Of a stretch of DNA of 64,000 nt, positions 13,001-25,562 are shown one piece after another. A model generated the notes under the pieces. That model had not been told where the DNA came from and made no database searches. It was given only the letters and a program-made list of their open reading frames with translations. Source of the stretch: Azolla caroliniana (lineage: Eukaryota; Plantae; Polypodiophyta); assembly GCA_043228905.1 (NCBI GenBank), contig JBHGNT010000006.1, positions 6,014,001-6,078,000 of the forward strand. Direction: 5' to 3'. Position numbers and translations under genes: made by a program. How positions within the stretch are numbered: the first letter of the stretch is position 1; every line of letters begins with the position of its first letter.

Positions 13001-14804
13001 ATCTCAGAAAGCACATGGAATGAAATAGAGTAAAAACGAAACAAATTTCCATGCTGCCAACAAGAGTTAAGAGCAAAACAAGGCACTACATATGACATCT
13101 GGAAACTGGGGTAAGGCCAACAGAGTTGTGTCCTTCATTTACAACTGTACATCAGAAGTAAGGGCAATGCCACAAAATGATCTCTCTAAGGCTGCATGGC
13201 AAATTGGGCGCTGCCACATAGCTAATTTTTTTCATCCAGCTGGATCTAAAAATTCCAGATATGCTTGAAAGATGGTATGTTAAGGAATATTTAGATCAGT
13301 GTTATGGTATGTTATACTCGCCTATTAGATACCCTTCTCATAAAATGAAGACCTCCCCAACATAGATCTAAGTTTCAGTACTATTACAGCATACCATAAC
13401 ACTGTCTGCGCTCATTCACAAATTGAAAATAGAAATTAGGATAGGGCTGAACATTAAGCAGAAAAAGAGGAAATGTAACCTATGCTGCTTAATTGTCCCA
13501 CAAACATAAAACATGTGACTTTCAAAAGCTTTGAATATGAGAACATTAGGCTTAGGTTTCATGAATTAATAACAGGTTGTACTGGTTTTCAAGAACTCCT
13601 GATAAGGAGGGAAATAATGCTCTCTTTGCTTGTATATTCGATCAAAGCACCAAACTCATGGAAGCACACCCATTTGGCAACTAGCTTATTTTTTAATTCT
13701 GAGTTTACAACTTCCATTTGCTCTGGCATTTAAGATCCTCCCACCTACATCGCTGCAGAGAATGTTCTGTAGCATTTTCTGGTACCATGGGCCATGTTAG
13801 CCCTGTGGATATATTAATAAATCATTATCACAGTCTTTCTCACCCGTATGGAGATATTTTCATTTGCAAATTGAGAGAAAACATCAAAACGAAATCATAA
13901 ACCATAATCTGACCAGTCTGCGGCTCAAGAAAATAACACTTACAGTTAAGATCCATTAAAACATTTATCACTTTACAGCACAGCATTGACATAGCACATA
14001 GAAGGAAATTTTTTTGGTGCAATTTTAAAAGTCAACAGCTTTAACCATATGAACTAATTCTGCAATGCCATATTTTATGTAACACAAATTTGCAATATAA
14101 TGTGCTTTTCCAGATGATCATATCAGAGAGTCTAAGCACACAAAAACTTACTGCCTAAATATATCTTGAGCAAAGCCTCCACCACCACCTCCTCCCTTGC
14201 CTGCATTTTGCTTCAATCCTTCCTCACCATACTGATCATAGATATTTCTCTTCTCTTTGTCAATGAGAACCTCATAGGCTGCATGAGAATAAGTTTAAAA
14301 CGAATAAAAGCACATGAGTATATTTCTGTTCTCCAGGATGCATAATAATAAGTTAAAACAAAGAAAATCGTCATAGTTCTCCACGGAAATCTAGAGATGA
14401 TTAAAAAGGGTAAAGAAAAGGAGACGTCTATATCAAATGATAGCAGTGTGTAAAATGTATGTAATGTGGCAAAAAATGTGTATTTCTTTGATTACCATTA
14501 TTTATCTCTGCGAATTTCTTAGTTGCCTCTTCGTTGTCGGGATTCTTATCAGGATGAAACTTAAGGGCCAGTTTTCTGAATGCCTTCTTGATCTGATCTT
14601 CTGATGCAGTTTTTGGCACTTGCAATATATCATAATAGCTTTTGCTGCATAACATGGTGAATTACTTTGCAAAATCAGACATTTTTACCTGAACAAAAAT
14701 ATTCTTCATAGTGATTATGGTAAAGGCAAATACCTGGAAACGACGTCATGTAAACAAGACGCTAAGAAGATAATAGAAACTAGTAGTGCTTTGCAAGAAA
14801 CCAT
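10004..14804 (-). CDS. ERdj3B: ER-luminal DnaJ/Hsp40 co-chaperone, ERdj3B (DNAJB11) type, 346 aa, 10 coding exons
   Basis: Exons (minus): 14804-14734, 14644-14496, 14278-14152, 11921-11804, 11717-11601, 11522-11436, 11312-11253, 11133-11056, 10972-10901, 10165-10004. All introns are GT-AG and the exons total 1041 nt in frame. Signal peptide [23 protein letters not shown]; J-domain with HPD; G/F region; KRDCNCRNE...[15 protein letters not shown]; DnaJ C-domain GEGMP...[11 protein letters not shown]. Probable 5'-UTR intron at 15204-14829. Confidence 0.95.
12750..13010 (+). mobile_element. Degenerate LINE (RTE-like) reverse-transcriptase fragment in the third coding-region intron of ERdj3B
   Basis: KAKIMVV...[20 protein letters not shown] matches the KTKxM...FKYLG motifs at the end of non-LTR RT domains. 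Confidence 0.55.
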
Positions 14805-15254
14805 GGTATAACGTCTTGAAACACAAATCTAGAATCAGAGAAGAATGTAACAAGATCTGAGGAAGCTGGAAAATTTCCAAGCAATTGATCTGACGAAACT
14901 TCTGGAAATATGGGAAAAAAATCTGATTATTACAGAGGTGGAAAAATGTGCCTCTTGAGAGAATAATAGATCTATTTCCTTTCACTCCTTTGCGATGAGA
15001 TTTGTTGAGCATAAACGGGCGAAGAAATGGCAAACGATCTGAAGTAACTCGGGATTCTGCACGGAATCTCCACCCGTTTTGTATTCTTTGAATCTTCAGC
15101 AAATGCGTGTGGAGAGATAATAAACCTGAGAGTATTTCCAGACAAGAAACAGATCTATATTGCGCCTGCACACTCTCTCTTTCTCAATCTGTGGGAATGG
15201 GAACCTGGAGGAGAAGAAGAAGAAACGGAAGCAAAACGATGGAGAGGAAGAAGA

Positions 15255-15579
15255 AGGAGAAACCCTAGCGGATCAAGAATCGCGTTTTAGCAGGTGTCCA
15301 TCGTTCCTTCTGTTAAGAAGAGAGAAGAATGCGTGTGTGTGCGTGTGTTTATTATGCTTCCTTTCACGAAGGGAATACAAATTGGAAGGAAGCGAAAGGA
15401 AAAAGCAAAGAAAGGAAGAGAACAGAAAGTAGAAGAAGAAGAAGAAGAAGAAGAAGAAAGACTTCGTATATTTTTGCAAGCATTTATTTTAATTTTTTTC
15501 GTGTTTTGGGTTTCTTACAGCCAATGAAATGTTCCCAGTTTTTCGCCTGACCAATCATATTCCAGGAAACACCAAAGCC

Positions 15580-15657
<78 letters not shown>

Positions 15658-15680
15658 CATTATGTGTGTACGTCACTTTG
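15255..15680 (-). promoter_or_regulatory. ERdj3B proximal promoter/5' region with telo-box, CCAAT motifs and compound microsatellite
   Basis: AAACCCTAG at ~15259; CCAAT at 15521 and 15551; TGACGT on the minus strand at ~15670; (GAA)n at 15431-15459; (CT)n(TA)n(TG)n(TATG)n at 15580-15657. Confidence 0.45.
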
Positions 15681-17547
15681 CTCTTATTAGAGAAGAAACC
15701 ATTGACACAAAGAGCAAATAATAAGATTCAAGACTTGAACCCCTGACCTCCACCACAAAGATGGACTAGATAGAATGGCCGATATAATGTTTTGATTGCC
15801 TTATGAGAGACATAATAAGTCATTCATTATCTTGGACAAGTGAAGGGGGTGGCGAACCATCTCCTTGGATTATAATGAACGGAAATATGTGGCAACCCAT
15901 GTATATGATTGTGTGACATTATTCGATTCATTCAAACCGCTTTGCCATAATCAATACTTTTTTATGAAAAATTTTGGAGAAATTCTATATTAGATTTTGA
16001 TCAATACTTGTGTGTGTTTTTTTGCATGGTTCTCACTGAATGCCCATCTAGTGTTCCCTTGTTCTAAGTTTGGGAAGTCCTAAACCTAGGAAACAAATTA
16101 AGTTGATTTTATTGATGATATAATGTTTGTAATCCTCCACGCACTACAAACACCCATATGTAGATACACGTTACCTTCTTCATGAATTTTTCTCTTTGCA
16201 AGTATTGGTTTCTATAAAGTTCAATCTAATTATTATTTTAGGACAATAATATTCGTGTTGTTATTAAAGTGAGATAATCATGATATAAGGTATAATGATT
16301 TGAATCATTTGCACACATCAACAAATGTTTTCGTTTTTGCCCTCTAAATATGTTTTCTTAATAATAAACTTTGATAGTCTTAATCACGATCATGTGTATG
16401 ATTGCTTACTACAACAAAAGAGTATTGTAGCATAAATGTTACGCGAGGGTTTATTAATCACCATTATGATGCATCCGTAATGGAGGGATGATGCTAACGT
16501 ATACATACATACATGCATGCAAACATATATATTGGGTAGTCACTTGAACATAACTGTCTTATATAAAGCATAAGAGCACGTTGTCAATCAAATACTTAGT
16601 GATTCGACATGCATGGTATCCTCTATAATGACTCTCTTGATGGCTTGATAGATAATACTTAAAATTGACACCCTTTCTTAATCTTTCTTCCACCTATTGT
16701 TTTATTCACTAAGTTGTGTTAGTATGTTACCAAGTCTTGTAGTGCAGTTGAACACTCGCTTCTTTATTAGATGCCATCATACAATGTGGGAGTTAAAAAT
16801 TGCCACCGATAGAGCCACACTATGTATGTATGTATAGCAAAGTGGTCTCCAAATATAGTTAGTTCCTCTCTAGAAAAGGAAAGCTCTAAATAAGATCGGT
16901 TAATTATTCCCGATTTAATTAGGGTCGTCGATCTTCATCGAGATCCGACGGCTGACACAGTCTCTCGCCCCTGCTCCCTTCATCCAAGGACAAAACGTGG
17001 TTCGTTCCTACTTAGCTCTTCTTTTCTTCCGTGTGCCCCCGGGTCTAAGGTTTCTAGGGTTTTCGTGGAGCCACCCATACCTCAGGTAAGAGAAGAAATG
17101 CTCTTGTATCTCTGCATCGATTAGGGTTTCTACCTCTGTTCCCATCTGTCGCAGGTTTTGTTTTCTTTGTTATTATCTCTAGGTTTATTTATTCTCTTTC
17201 AAATTTCTTGGTCCTCGTTTTTCGCCGTGACATCAGTTTTAGGTCTTTTTGTCTGTATTGTGTGTTTAAAGTTTTTTCTCAGTCAATCCCCAAAGGATGT
17301 CAGGTTCCTCGCTAATCACATAATATCTGGTGTTTACCAGAGTCAAATCTTTAAGGATTTTCTGCAAGATCTTTAGTTGTGTTTCTGTGTCAGATATTTA
17401 GATTTCTAATGTTCTTGTTTCAGAACTTTAGCTTTTTTCTTGATCCAATCGTTAAGTTTTTTTCTTTCTTTCAAATGAAGTTTTTTCTCATATTTTCAAG
17501 TTTTGTCTTCTTTTATGGAATCGTACTTCATTTGTGAAGGGTTAAAG

Positions 17548-19075
17548 ATGAGTTCAGAGGAATTGGTAGTCTCTATTCCTCCTGCTACAGTGCCTGAATC
17601 AGTTCTGAAGAAAAGAAAACGCGATGATCAATGGTCTCTGTCTAGGAAGCAGAAAGCAGAAGAAACAAAATCAAAGAGTGCTGCCAATCGGAAAGGTGTA
17701 TTTAAGAGGGCGGAACAGTTCATTAAGGAATACAGACAGCAGGTATGTTTCCATGAAGTTGATATACCATTTTGCCTTGAAAGAGAGATGAAGTAGCGTG
17801 TTTTGAAGAAGTATAACAGACCATGTGTTTTATAAAGTGCAGAAATTAAACATGACCTGTTGTAGGAAAGTGATAATTTTTGCTCGTATTTCAATTGATT
17901 CGTATGAAATGCCCATATTAGATTTTTATGAGACTAAGTACAGATAAGTCAAAGAGTGTTGATCTTAGGCCAATTTACTTCAATAGTGCTAACTAGTATA
18001 ATCACAAGGGAGGTGTCATGTGTGTAAGCAGTTTAAAACTGGTTCCAGTTTTTCATTTGGGTTTTATTAATGATTATATTGTACCGAGCTAAACAAATGC
18101 CTCATTTAGGAGGATGACTTCATCAGATTGAAGAGAGAATCAAAGCTCAAGGGTGGATTCTATGTTGACCCTGAAGCCAAATTGCTTTTTGTTATTCGTA
18201 TTGGCGGGTAAGAGGAAAAGCTATATTTCCTTCTCTGATTTTCTGTTGTAACCTTCCTTCTGGATTAGTTGAATTGTGATCTGTAGAATTTCTTTGCAGT
18301 ATCAATGACATGCATCCAAAGACCCGGAAGATTTTGCAGCTTCTTAGGCTGCGACAGGTAAGAACATGGTTATCAATATTGCAATCATTCATAAAATAGC
18401 CTGATTCATTGTAATCATTTGTAGAATAGTTTTTTATGAACTTCAACCTCCTAAAATTAATTAACTTACATCCAATGTATTATGGGTGAATAGATTTATA
18501 ATGGAGTGTTCCTGAAAGCCAACGAGGCAACAATGAGCATGCTTAGAAAAGTTGAACCGTTTGTTACTTATGGGTAAACAGTCGGTCTTTGGCTTGTGAC
18601 AAAGTCAAATCTCATTTTGCCTCGGCAAACTTGCACTTCGATTAATTTACAAATAATTTAACGTTATTATCTATTTATAGTTATCCAAACATGAGGAGCA
18701 TCAAGGAACTGATCTATAAAAGAGGCTTTGGTAAGGTGAACAAACAGAGGATTGCCCTGACAGATAATGCTGTTATTGAAGAGGTAGGTATTTCTCTCAA
18801 TTGCTTATTTTTATCTATTGCTTAACTATTCATATTCATTTTGATTGCTACATTTGCTGTAGGCTCTAGGAAAATTTGGAATCATTTGTATTGAGGATCT
18901 TCTTCACGAGATTTATACAGTTGGTCCTCACTTTAAGGAGGCAAACAACTTCCTTTGGCCCTTCAAGCTGAGTGCCCCTTCAGGAGGATTGAAGAAGAAA
19001 AATCATTTTGTTAGATCTGGAGATGCAGGGAATCGTGAGAATGATGTCAATATTCTCATCAGAACAATGAATTAG
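17548..19075 (+). CDS. RPL7: 60S ribosomal protein L7 (uL30), 248 aa, 6 coding exons
   Basis: Exons 17548-17742, 18110-18207, 18300-18357, 18494-18573, 18681-18783, 18863-19075 (747 nt, GT-AG). Motifs [75 protein letters not shown]. 5'-UTR intron donor at 17086; telo-boxes (TAGGGTTT) at ~17055 and ~17122. Confidence 0.96.
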
Positions 19076-19256
19076 GAATTGAAAATGATCTTTACATGGT
19101 CACAAATCAGTTTTTTATTCCCGGGATTGCTATGCAAATTTCTGGCAGCCTAATAGGAATATAAATCTGATTTTATTGTTCACTGAGAAGTGAGATAAAT
19201 GTAGCATAACATCCACAGTTTTTGGAACTTCGTTTTTATGCTTTCACGATATATTC

Positions 19257-19437
19257 GGGAGCTGTTTCATATGAGTAAACTGTTGGACAAGTTCAATTTT
19301 CAAGAGTTTTTATTTGGGAGCTGTCCCATATGAGCAAATTGTTGGACAAGGTCAATTTCAAGAGGGTTTTTATTTGGGAGCTGTCCCATATGAGCAAACT
19401 GTCGGGCAAATTCAATTTTCAAGAGGGTTGTTATTTG
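19257..19437 (+). repeat. 60-bp tandem repeat x3 downstream of the RPL7 stop codon
   Basis: GGGAGCTGT..CATATGAG.AAA.TGT.GG.CAA..TCAATTT..AAGAG...TTATTT at 19257, 19316 and 19376. Confidence 0.9.
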
Positions 19438-20453
19438 TTAGCAATCAACGTTGTATCTAGAGCAACATTATTCTGAAAGAGGACATGCATTACTTTGATC
19501 TTGTTTGTATTGATTTATTTTTATTATGCTTATGGTATGGGCCCTCTATATAGCTGAATTGAGTGAAGCATTTTAGAGAACAGTGTATGTAATTGCTGAA
19601 TTGACATGATGGAAGAGAAAGGATGCACCAAGCTAAGCAAGATCAATAGCTGAGGTTAACTAGTTTTTTACTGATGAATGCCATCAAGATTCACACATGG
19701 AAATGGAGGTTAGAAGAGACTGATCAACCATTAATCAAAATTATATCGTATTCATATCTGAACTGGGAATGTTTACATAGTAGGACGTGCAGCAACACTA
19801 TTTACGTTGAAGTTTCTGAAATTCTGCTGCTGCTGCTTTTAAATGTAAAACGACAGTGCAGTAATTTACTAATGTTGAATAACAAGCACGTGATCAATCA
19901 AGCTACTCAATGTGAGAACCTGGGGAACTGTAGAGGACCTAAAACTGAATACAAGAAAACTGAATTACATTGTGATTTGAACAACCTGAGCCTGTGGGCA
20001 GAAGTGATTTTTTACACCAGCAGCCTTACCATCAATTAAGGATCCCTACCCAAAGATTCTATGTGCATTTCGTTAGGGTTACTTGATGGGGAGTAGTTTC
20101 GAGATTATGAATATATCATTTAATTAATTAATAGGTTTGATTAACAAGATGTAAATGTGTACAGTTATGGGATGGGTACCTTTGTAGAAAAGCTCTGAGA
20201 ATATATATGCCAAAGACAACCTTTGTCATTGAAAAGATGGCAGTGTGTCAAATATCTTCTAAAATTTATTTTCTTGAAAGAAAAAATGCCACTCTCAATC
20301 AAAGATGGCGATGTATATGTCAAATACCACTCTTTAAATTTTGTTTTCTTGAAAGAAAATGCCACACTCCCAATCCTTTTACTGCCCAACGAGAAAAAAT
20401 GGCAGCAAAGAAGTTAAACTCTGGATCAAAAGAATATCTCAATGAGTGCCATG

Positions 20454-23400
20454 TTACACGCTCCTATCTACATTTACCAGGTGCCTGGCTAAAAGCTCTT
20501 CTGCTCTTCTAGCAACTAATGAAATCTTAGCAAATTCATTGGGTTCAGTGATATAATTTGATACTTGATCACAAGCCAAACTGACCAAATTTGCGAATTT
20601 CATTGCATTTTGTAGCTTCTGTGCCACTTCACCATCCTTGCTGATCATCATATTAAAACCCACTGTTCCAGGTTTTCCTCTTGCCCATGTATACACCATA
20701 CTCCCAAATGCTGGATTCAAATGTAATGGTGGATCATATGACCCCTGCAAGGCCGCCACTTGTTTCCTCAGCATTTCTAGGTTCAAGAAGACATCTTTGA
20801 GAGGTTTTGTGATTCTATATAGGGATTCTCTTGGGTCATTGAAAAGATTCTCCGCTTCGAGTTCAGATGGCATCAATGTGGCCAAAATGCCAGCAAATTC
20901 AGCTGGCAAAAGGTTCTTCATAGAAGTGCATGTTAGGACCACAGCTAACCATAATGCGTTATCCACATTCTGAAGCCTTGAAATTAACATTCCTAGAGGC
21001 TTAAGCCGTGCATGATGTACATCATTAGCATCACTATCATCATCACGAACCATAGAGATTGCATCCACTTTTTCCATTATGTTTAATAGCTTCAATGCTT
21101 CTTTCCATGTTTTGCTTCCAGTCACACTTTCATTCCCAAGTAGAAATGCATCTTTTTTCAGTTCAGGTATATAAAGTTTATTACTATTACTACCCTGTTC
21201 AGTTTGATTATCAGGAAGTTGCAAGCTTCTCTTTTCTTCAATCAGATTTGAGATTTTTGCTTCCAAAATGTTGATTTCTCTTCTGAGGTGTAGCCCTTCC
21301 CTTACCACATCACATTGAACTGGATAGTCCATTAGCAATTTGACATACATTTTGGTTTGCGAATTTCCACTTGCAACATACCCACATGCCCCTCTATGTT
21401 CTACTTTCCAGCTGTCCTTGGGAGGTACTACAGGGGGATGCAGTACCGATCCAGTTGATTTCTTGTAAAGAATATCAAGAGGAAGCATCTCTTTTACATA
21501 CACATGGTCAAGAGCACCAGCAGGTAGCAGCCGAAAGTTGTTATCTGCTCCAAGAACCATGTATAATGACTCAACCTGACCTGGAACACAAGCAATAAGG
21601 AAGGCAGGGAAAGTGCTGCCTGTTTGTGAGGCTGAATGAATAGTCATTCTTATATCAACACGTGTAAACATGGCTGCATCTAAGAGCTTTTGTTTGTTTA
21701 CTTCTGTCAACCCTTGAAACAACTTCACCTCCATATCAGCCTTCACCTCCAAGCACCTAAGGATTTGTAAATCTAGATCTTGCACCTTTTTGTTCTTCAC
21801 ATCTGCGGCATAATATACAAAGTCATGATAACTACTCTCCAATATTGTTTTTACTTGAGAAAGACTGTATTTTGCTACCAGATTTGCAACCAGAGAATAT
21901 GATGGCTTGTGAGTAGACATCATTTTAAAGCTATTATTCAGGACCACGTATGCTACCTCTTTGGGGCCAGAGTAGAAATTTTCCAAGAACAACACATTCC
22001 CTTCAATATCATAACCCCTTCTACCTGCACTTCCAAACAATTGCAAGGCTCGATGACAGGGGATAGGGTGAACTCCATCTTTTGTAGCTTTACATATTGC
22101 TGGCAAAATGATTGTCCGAGCCACAATCCCAGTATGTAATAAAGTATTATCTGTAACAATAAGAAGTTTGAGGATATTCTTTTGGAATAAATCAAGGACA
22201 AAGTTTTGCCATAAAGGCATTTTGCCTTCATGACACATTGCAAAACCCTTGCGAAGAGCTTTAAGTTCTTTTTCATCAATGTGTTCTAATAGGCCAGGAA
22301 CATATTGTGCAAGTTTGTCTATACTCGCCTCTAGTTCAGCAAGGTCTTGCTGGGAAAGTAGTCCCTCTCCGAGAGCTATAAGGGCATCTTCCATCCCTTC
22401 ACTGCATTCTTTAACAGAGAAAAAAACCAACACAGCTGGCAGCATTGCATTCTCTTCAAGCAAACCAAGAGCATTCTTCAAACTTGGCCTATCATAGCCA
22501 ACCCAGAAAAAGGAATCTTGTTGTTCTTTGGTCATGGAATTGTCATAACCTCCATTGGATTCAGAGAATGTATTATTTAGTTGTCTGCCCTTTGTATCAA
22601 GAAGCGGCTTCAATGCTGACCCACAGCAATAGAAAAATCTTCTCAGGACAGGCTCTGATTTGTAGCAAATAAGCTTACAAGCTCCCTTTTTCTTGCCCAT
22701 CCAAGACACAACCTGTTCCTCATTGGACGATGGCAATGTAAGTGCAATGACGCTGATTTTAGGATCCATGAGCATCAATACTTGCTCCCACAGTCTATTA
22801 TAGCTTTGTTCACTGAATGTGTGAAACTTATCTAGTACAACCAAGTTTACATCCTCAAAGAAAGAGCCATATTCGGAAGTGCCAGGGCCATTGAGCTCTT
22901 GGATAATTTCAGCAAGAGATTCCAAGGTTAGGACTATCAATTTCTCACCCTTGTGAATTCTCTTTCTTGCCCATATGCCACCCACATTGCTACGACCATA
23001 GATAGTTTGTAGGCTAAGGAACTTTTGTTTTGCAAGATATTCATATGGAGTGATAAACAAGGTGCGGCACTCAAAAATTATATTTTTATAAAGGCAAAAG
23101 TCGGCCGCAACAGACTTGCCAGAACCGCCAGAAGCAGACACGAGCACAGAGCTCCCGTCTTGCACATATTTAAAGACCTCTTTTTGCCATGACTCTAATC
23201 TAATGCCCATCAATGCCTCATAAGTATCCTCATCAATATCCAAATCACATGATTTTGCATGTTTTATTGCTGATATAGCATCTTCATACTTCTTGTTGCC
23301 CACAAGTCTCTTTACATCTTGAAGAAGCCGTGTTTTTTGGACTCCTTTTCTATCAGATATCAACAGATCTGCCCCATTTGTCAGCTGTGTAGAATCATTT

Positions 23401-24560
23401 CTCCCTGCTATCTTCCTTTCTGCCATTTCAGACATTCCACCAGTGATGAACTTGGGCTCCTCGGATATTCCACCACCAGATGCCTTTTTAGTTGAAAACC
23501 TTGAGACTCTAGTGCTCTCTTCAATCATCCTCATACCTTTGAGATTGTCATCAACATGCTCTATGGTTATCTGATTGCGGATAGGCCAATTACTTGAATT
23601 CTCAACAGTGCCCCTATCCATGAAGTCATTATTCCTCTGATCTCCCTCTGTCTTCTTTCCGGTTCTAATGGAACTTTGCATGTCAAATGTGGACTTATGT
23701 TTCTTTCCTACTGCCTCAAAGAGTCTGCTTATTGCATAATCTGTGCTCTCATCAATTTCATCACTATGTTTGAGCTCATTGAGGACAGATTCCCTTGCTT
23801 CCATCATGTGTTGACCTTGCAAATTTCTTCCTCTTACATGGGTTGTTTCTCTAGCCACACCATGTGAAGAAAACCATTTCGATGCTCTCTCATCTCCTGT
23901 CTTTATAACTTGCATGCTATGATTTCTCTCTGATTGTAACCGCTTTATTTCTACTTTGCCTTGTAATACCTCCCCTTCTTCAGAGTTCAATTTCTTTGCA
24001 TTGTTCCATTTTTGCAAAAGCTCAAGCAACATATGGGAACTTTTAGAACTCTCTTCTCTTCTCTTCATGAATGTACTATCTAACAGTTTTGATCCATTAT
24101 GTGTTGAAAGTCTAGATTGCACTCCATTATAAGAACTCATTTGATTGCTCTCTAATCTTGAAATCCCCAGCTGATTTCTATTTGTTATACCTTCTCCTTT
24201 TCTCCATACCCGTTTCTGCAACGCTCCAGGTGTTTTGAATTTTGGGTATCCTATCCCCATATCTTCTTTATAGGACTCCTCAACCATATCTAGCTTTCTT
24301 GACCTATCCGAATTGGAGTCTTCTTTGTATTTGTTCAGAAATGGAGCTCTACCATTGAATGAGGGTGGGTAGGTTCCATTAACAAAGCTCTTGAGTTCGT
24401 CTGTTGGATATACATGATCAAAAGAAAAGTTCTCATCCACATTATAATGATCATCTCCACTTGGGATATCCTTATCATTATTCCCATTGCCTACTGTATG
24501 TTCTTCGAGGTCTGGTAGGGCAGGATCATTAACAAGGACATTACTGATTCCATCATCATT

Positions 24561-24596
<36 letters not shown>

Positions 24597-25562
24597 TTGT
24601 TCTTCTTCCTCGAGTTCTTCATTGATGACATCTTCTTCATTAATGGTATCTTCTTCGTCATCATCAGTAACCTCCTCATTTTCATCCCCATCTTCTTGCT
24701 CTTGTTCTTTATCATCAATGACAACTTCTCCCTCGTCTATGAATTCCCTACCAATATAAACCTCATCTGGTATATCATCAGAAAAACGAACTCTGTGCAG
24801 AAGACCATCATCACCTTCACCATCATCGTCGATGTCATCATCACAATCATCATCATCTATATCAGCGAAACCAACACCTACATCAACATCATCATTGACC
24901 TCTGCTTCTAGGTTCTTCTCCTTTTCCTTAACCATGCTTAATAAAACCCTAACAACATCAGGGTTCTGGAACCCAAAATGCCTAGCACCTTGAACGTGAT
25001 GCACACCATATACTTTCACAACTTTGTTCCAAACCTTCTGAGGAGATTCTGCATGGAAAACGGCATTATTACCACTCGTGCTATTAGTAGTACTACTATC
25101 CATCAAAATTTCTTCAACTACAAAAACAGGTCCATTCAAGCCCTCTTCTATACTCTGCCTATACAACCGGCCCTTGTAAGTCTTAGTGGAAATGTACCCT
25201 ATAGGATAAGGGTAGCTTCTGCTTGAGTTCCAATATAACTTAGATTTATTATCTCTTAAATCACCCGTGTTATAGATTTCCCCCCATCTCTCTATAGTCA
25301 GAGATGTGTTTGCATGATAAGGTAAATCATATGTATTTGAAGAAACTTCATCTTTCCTTAAGGAATTGTGTTCCGTGATGCTGAGTTTCTGTCGCTCTGT
25401 TCTTGTTATCTTGTTTCTGATATGAAAGTGTAGAGAAAAAAGCTTCCTTCTTGAAGGTAGGAGGAAGGAATTACATCTTTTGTGTAGGAATGCAGAGCTC
25501 GGTCGAAGTGGACATGGGTATGGTGAGAATGGGTGGTAAAACTGTAAGGTTGTGCTGGCCAT
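20454..25562 (-). CDS. Intronless 1702-aa protein: putative plastid transit peptide + FYR domain + acidic tract + ISE2/Ski2-like DExH helicase body with degenerate motifs + DSHCT-like C-terminus
   Basis: Uninterrupted 5.1-kb ORF. The N-terminal ~50 aa are rich in S/P/F/R and lack acidic residues. aa ~80-212 are FYR-like (SLTIERWGEI, YPIGY, GPVFVV, SPQKVW, HFGFQNPDV). The helicase part is colinear with ISE2 (GSSVLVSASGGSGKS, VVLDKFH, PLLDTKG, MLPAVLVFFS, PLWQNFVLDLFQ, AGRRGYD, SYSLVANLVA). C-terminal LGMLISRLQNVDNALWLAVVL...PAEFAGILATL is DSHCT-like. Confidence 0.9.

Noticed and set aside
19257-19437. CRISPR-like array
   Set aside because: Contiguous tandem units with no unique spacers, eukaryotic context and no cas genes.
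24487-24911. Poly-Ser, poly-Met and poly-Ile ORFs
   Set aside because: Alternative-frame and antisense readings of the (GAT)n acidic tract of the 1702-aa ORF.
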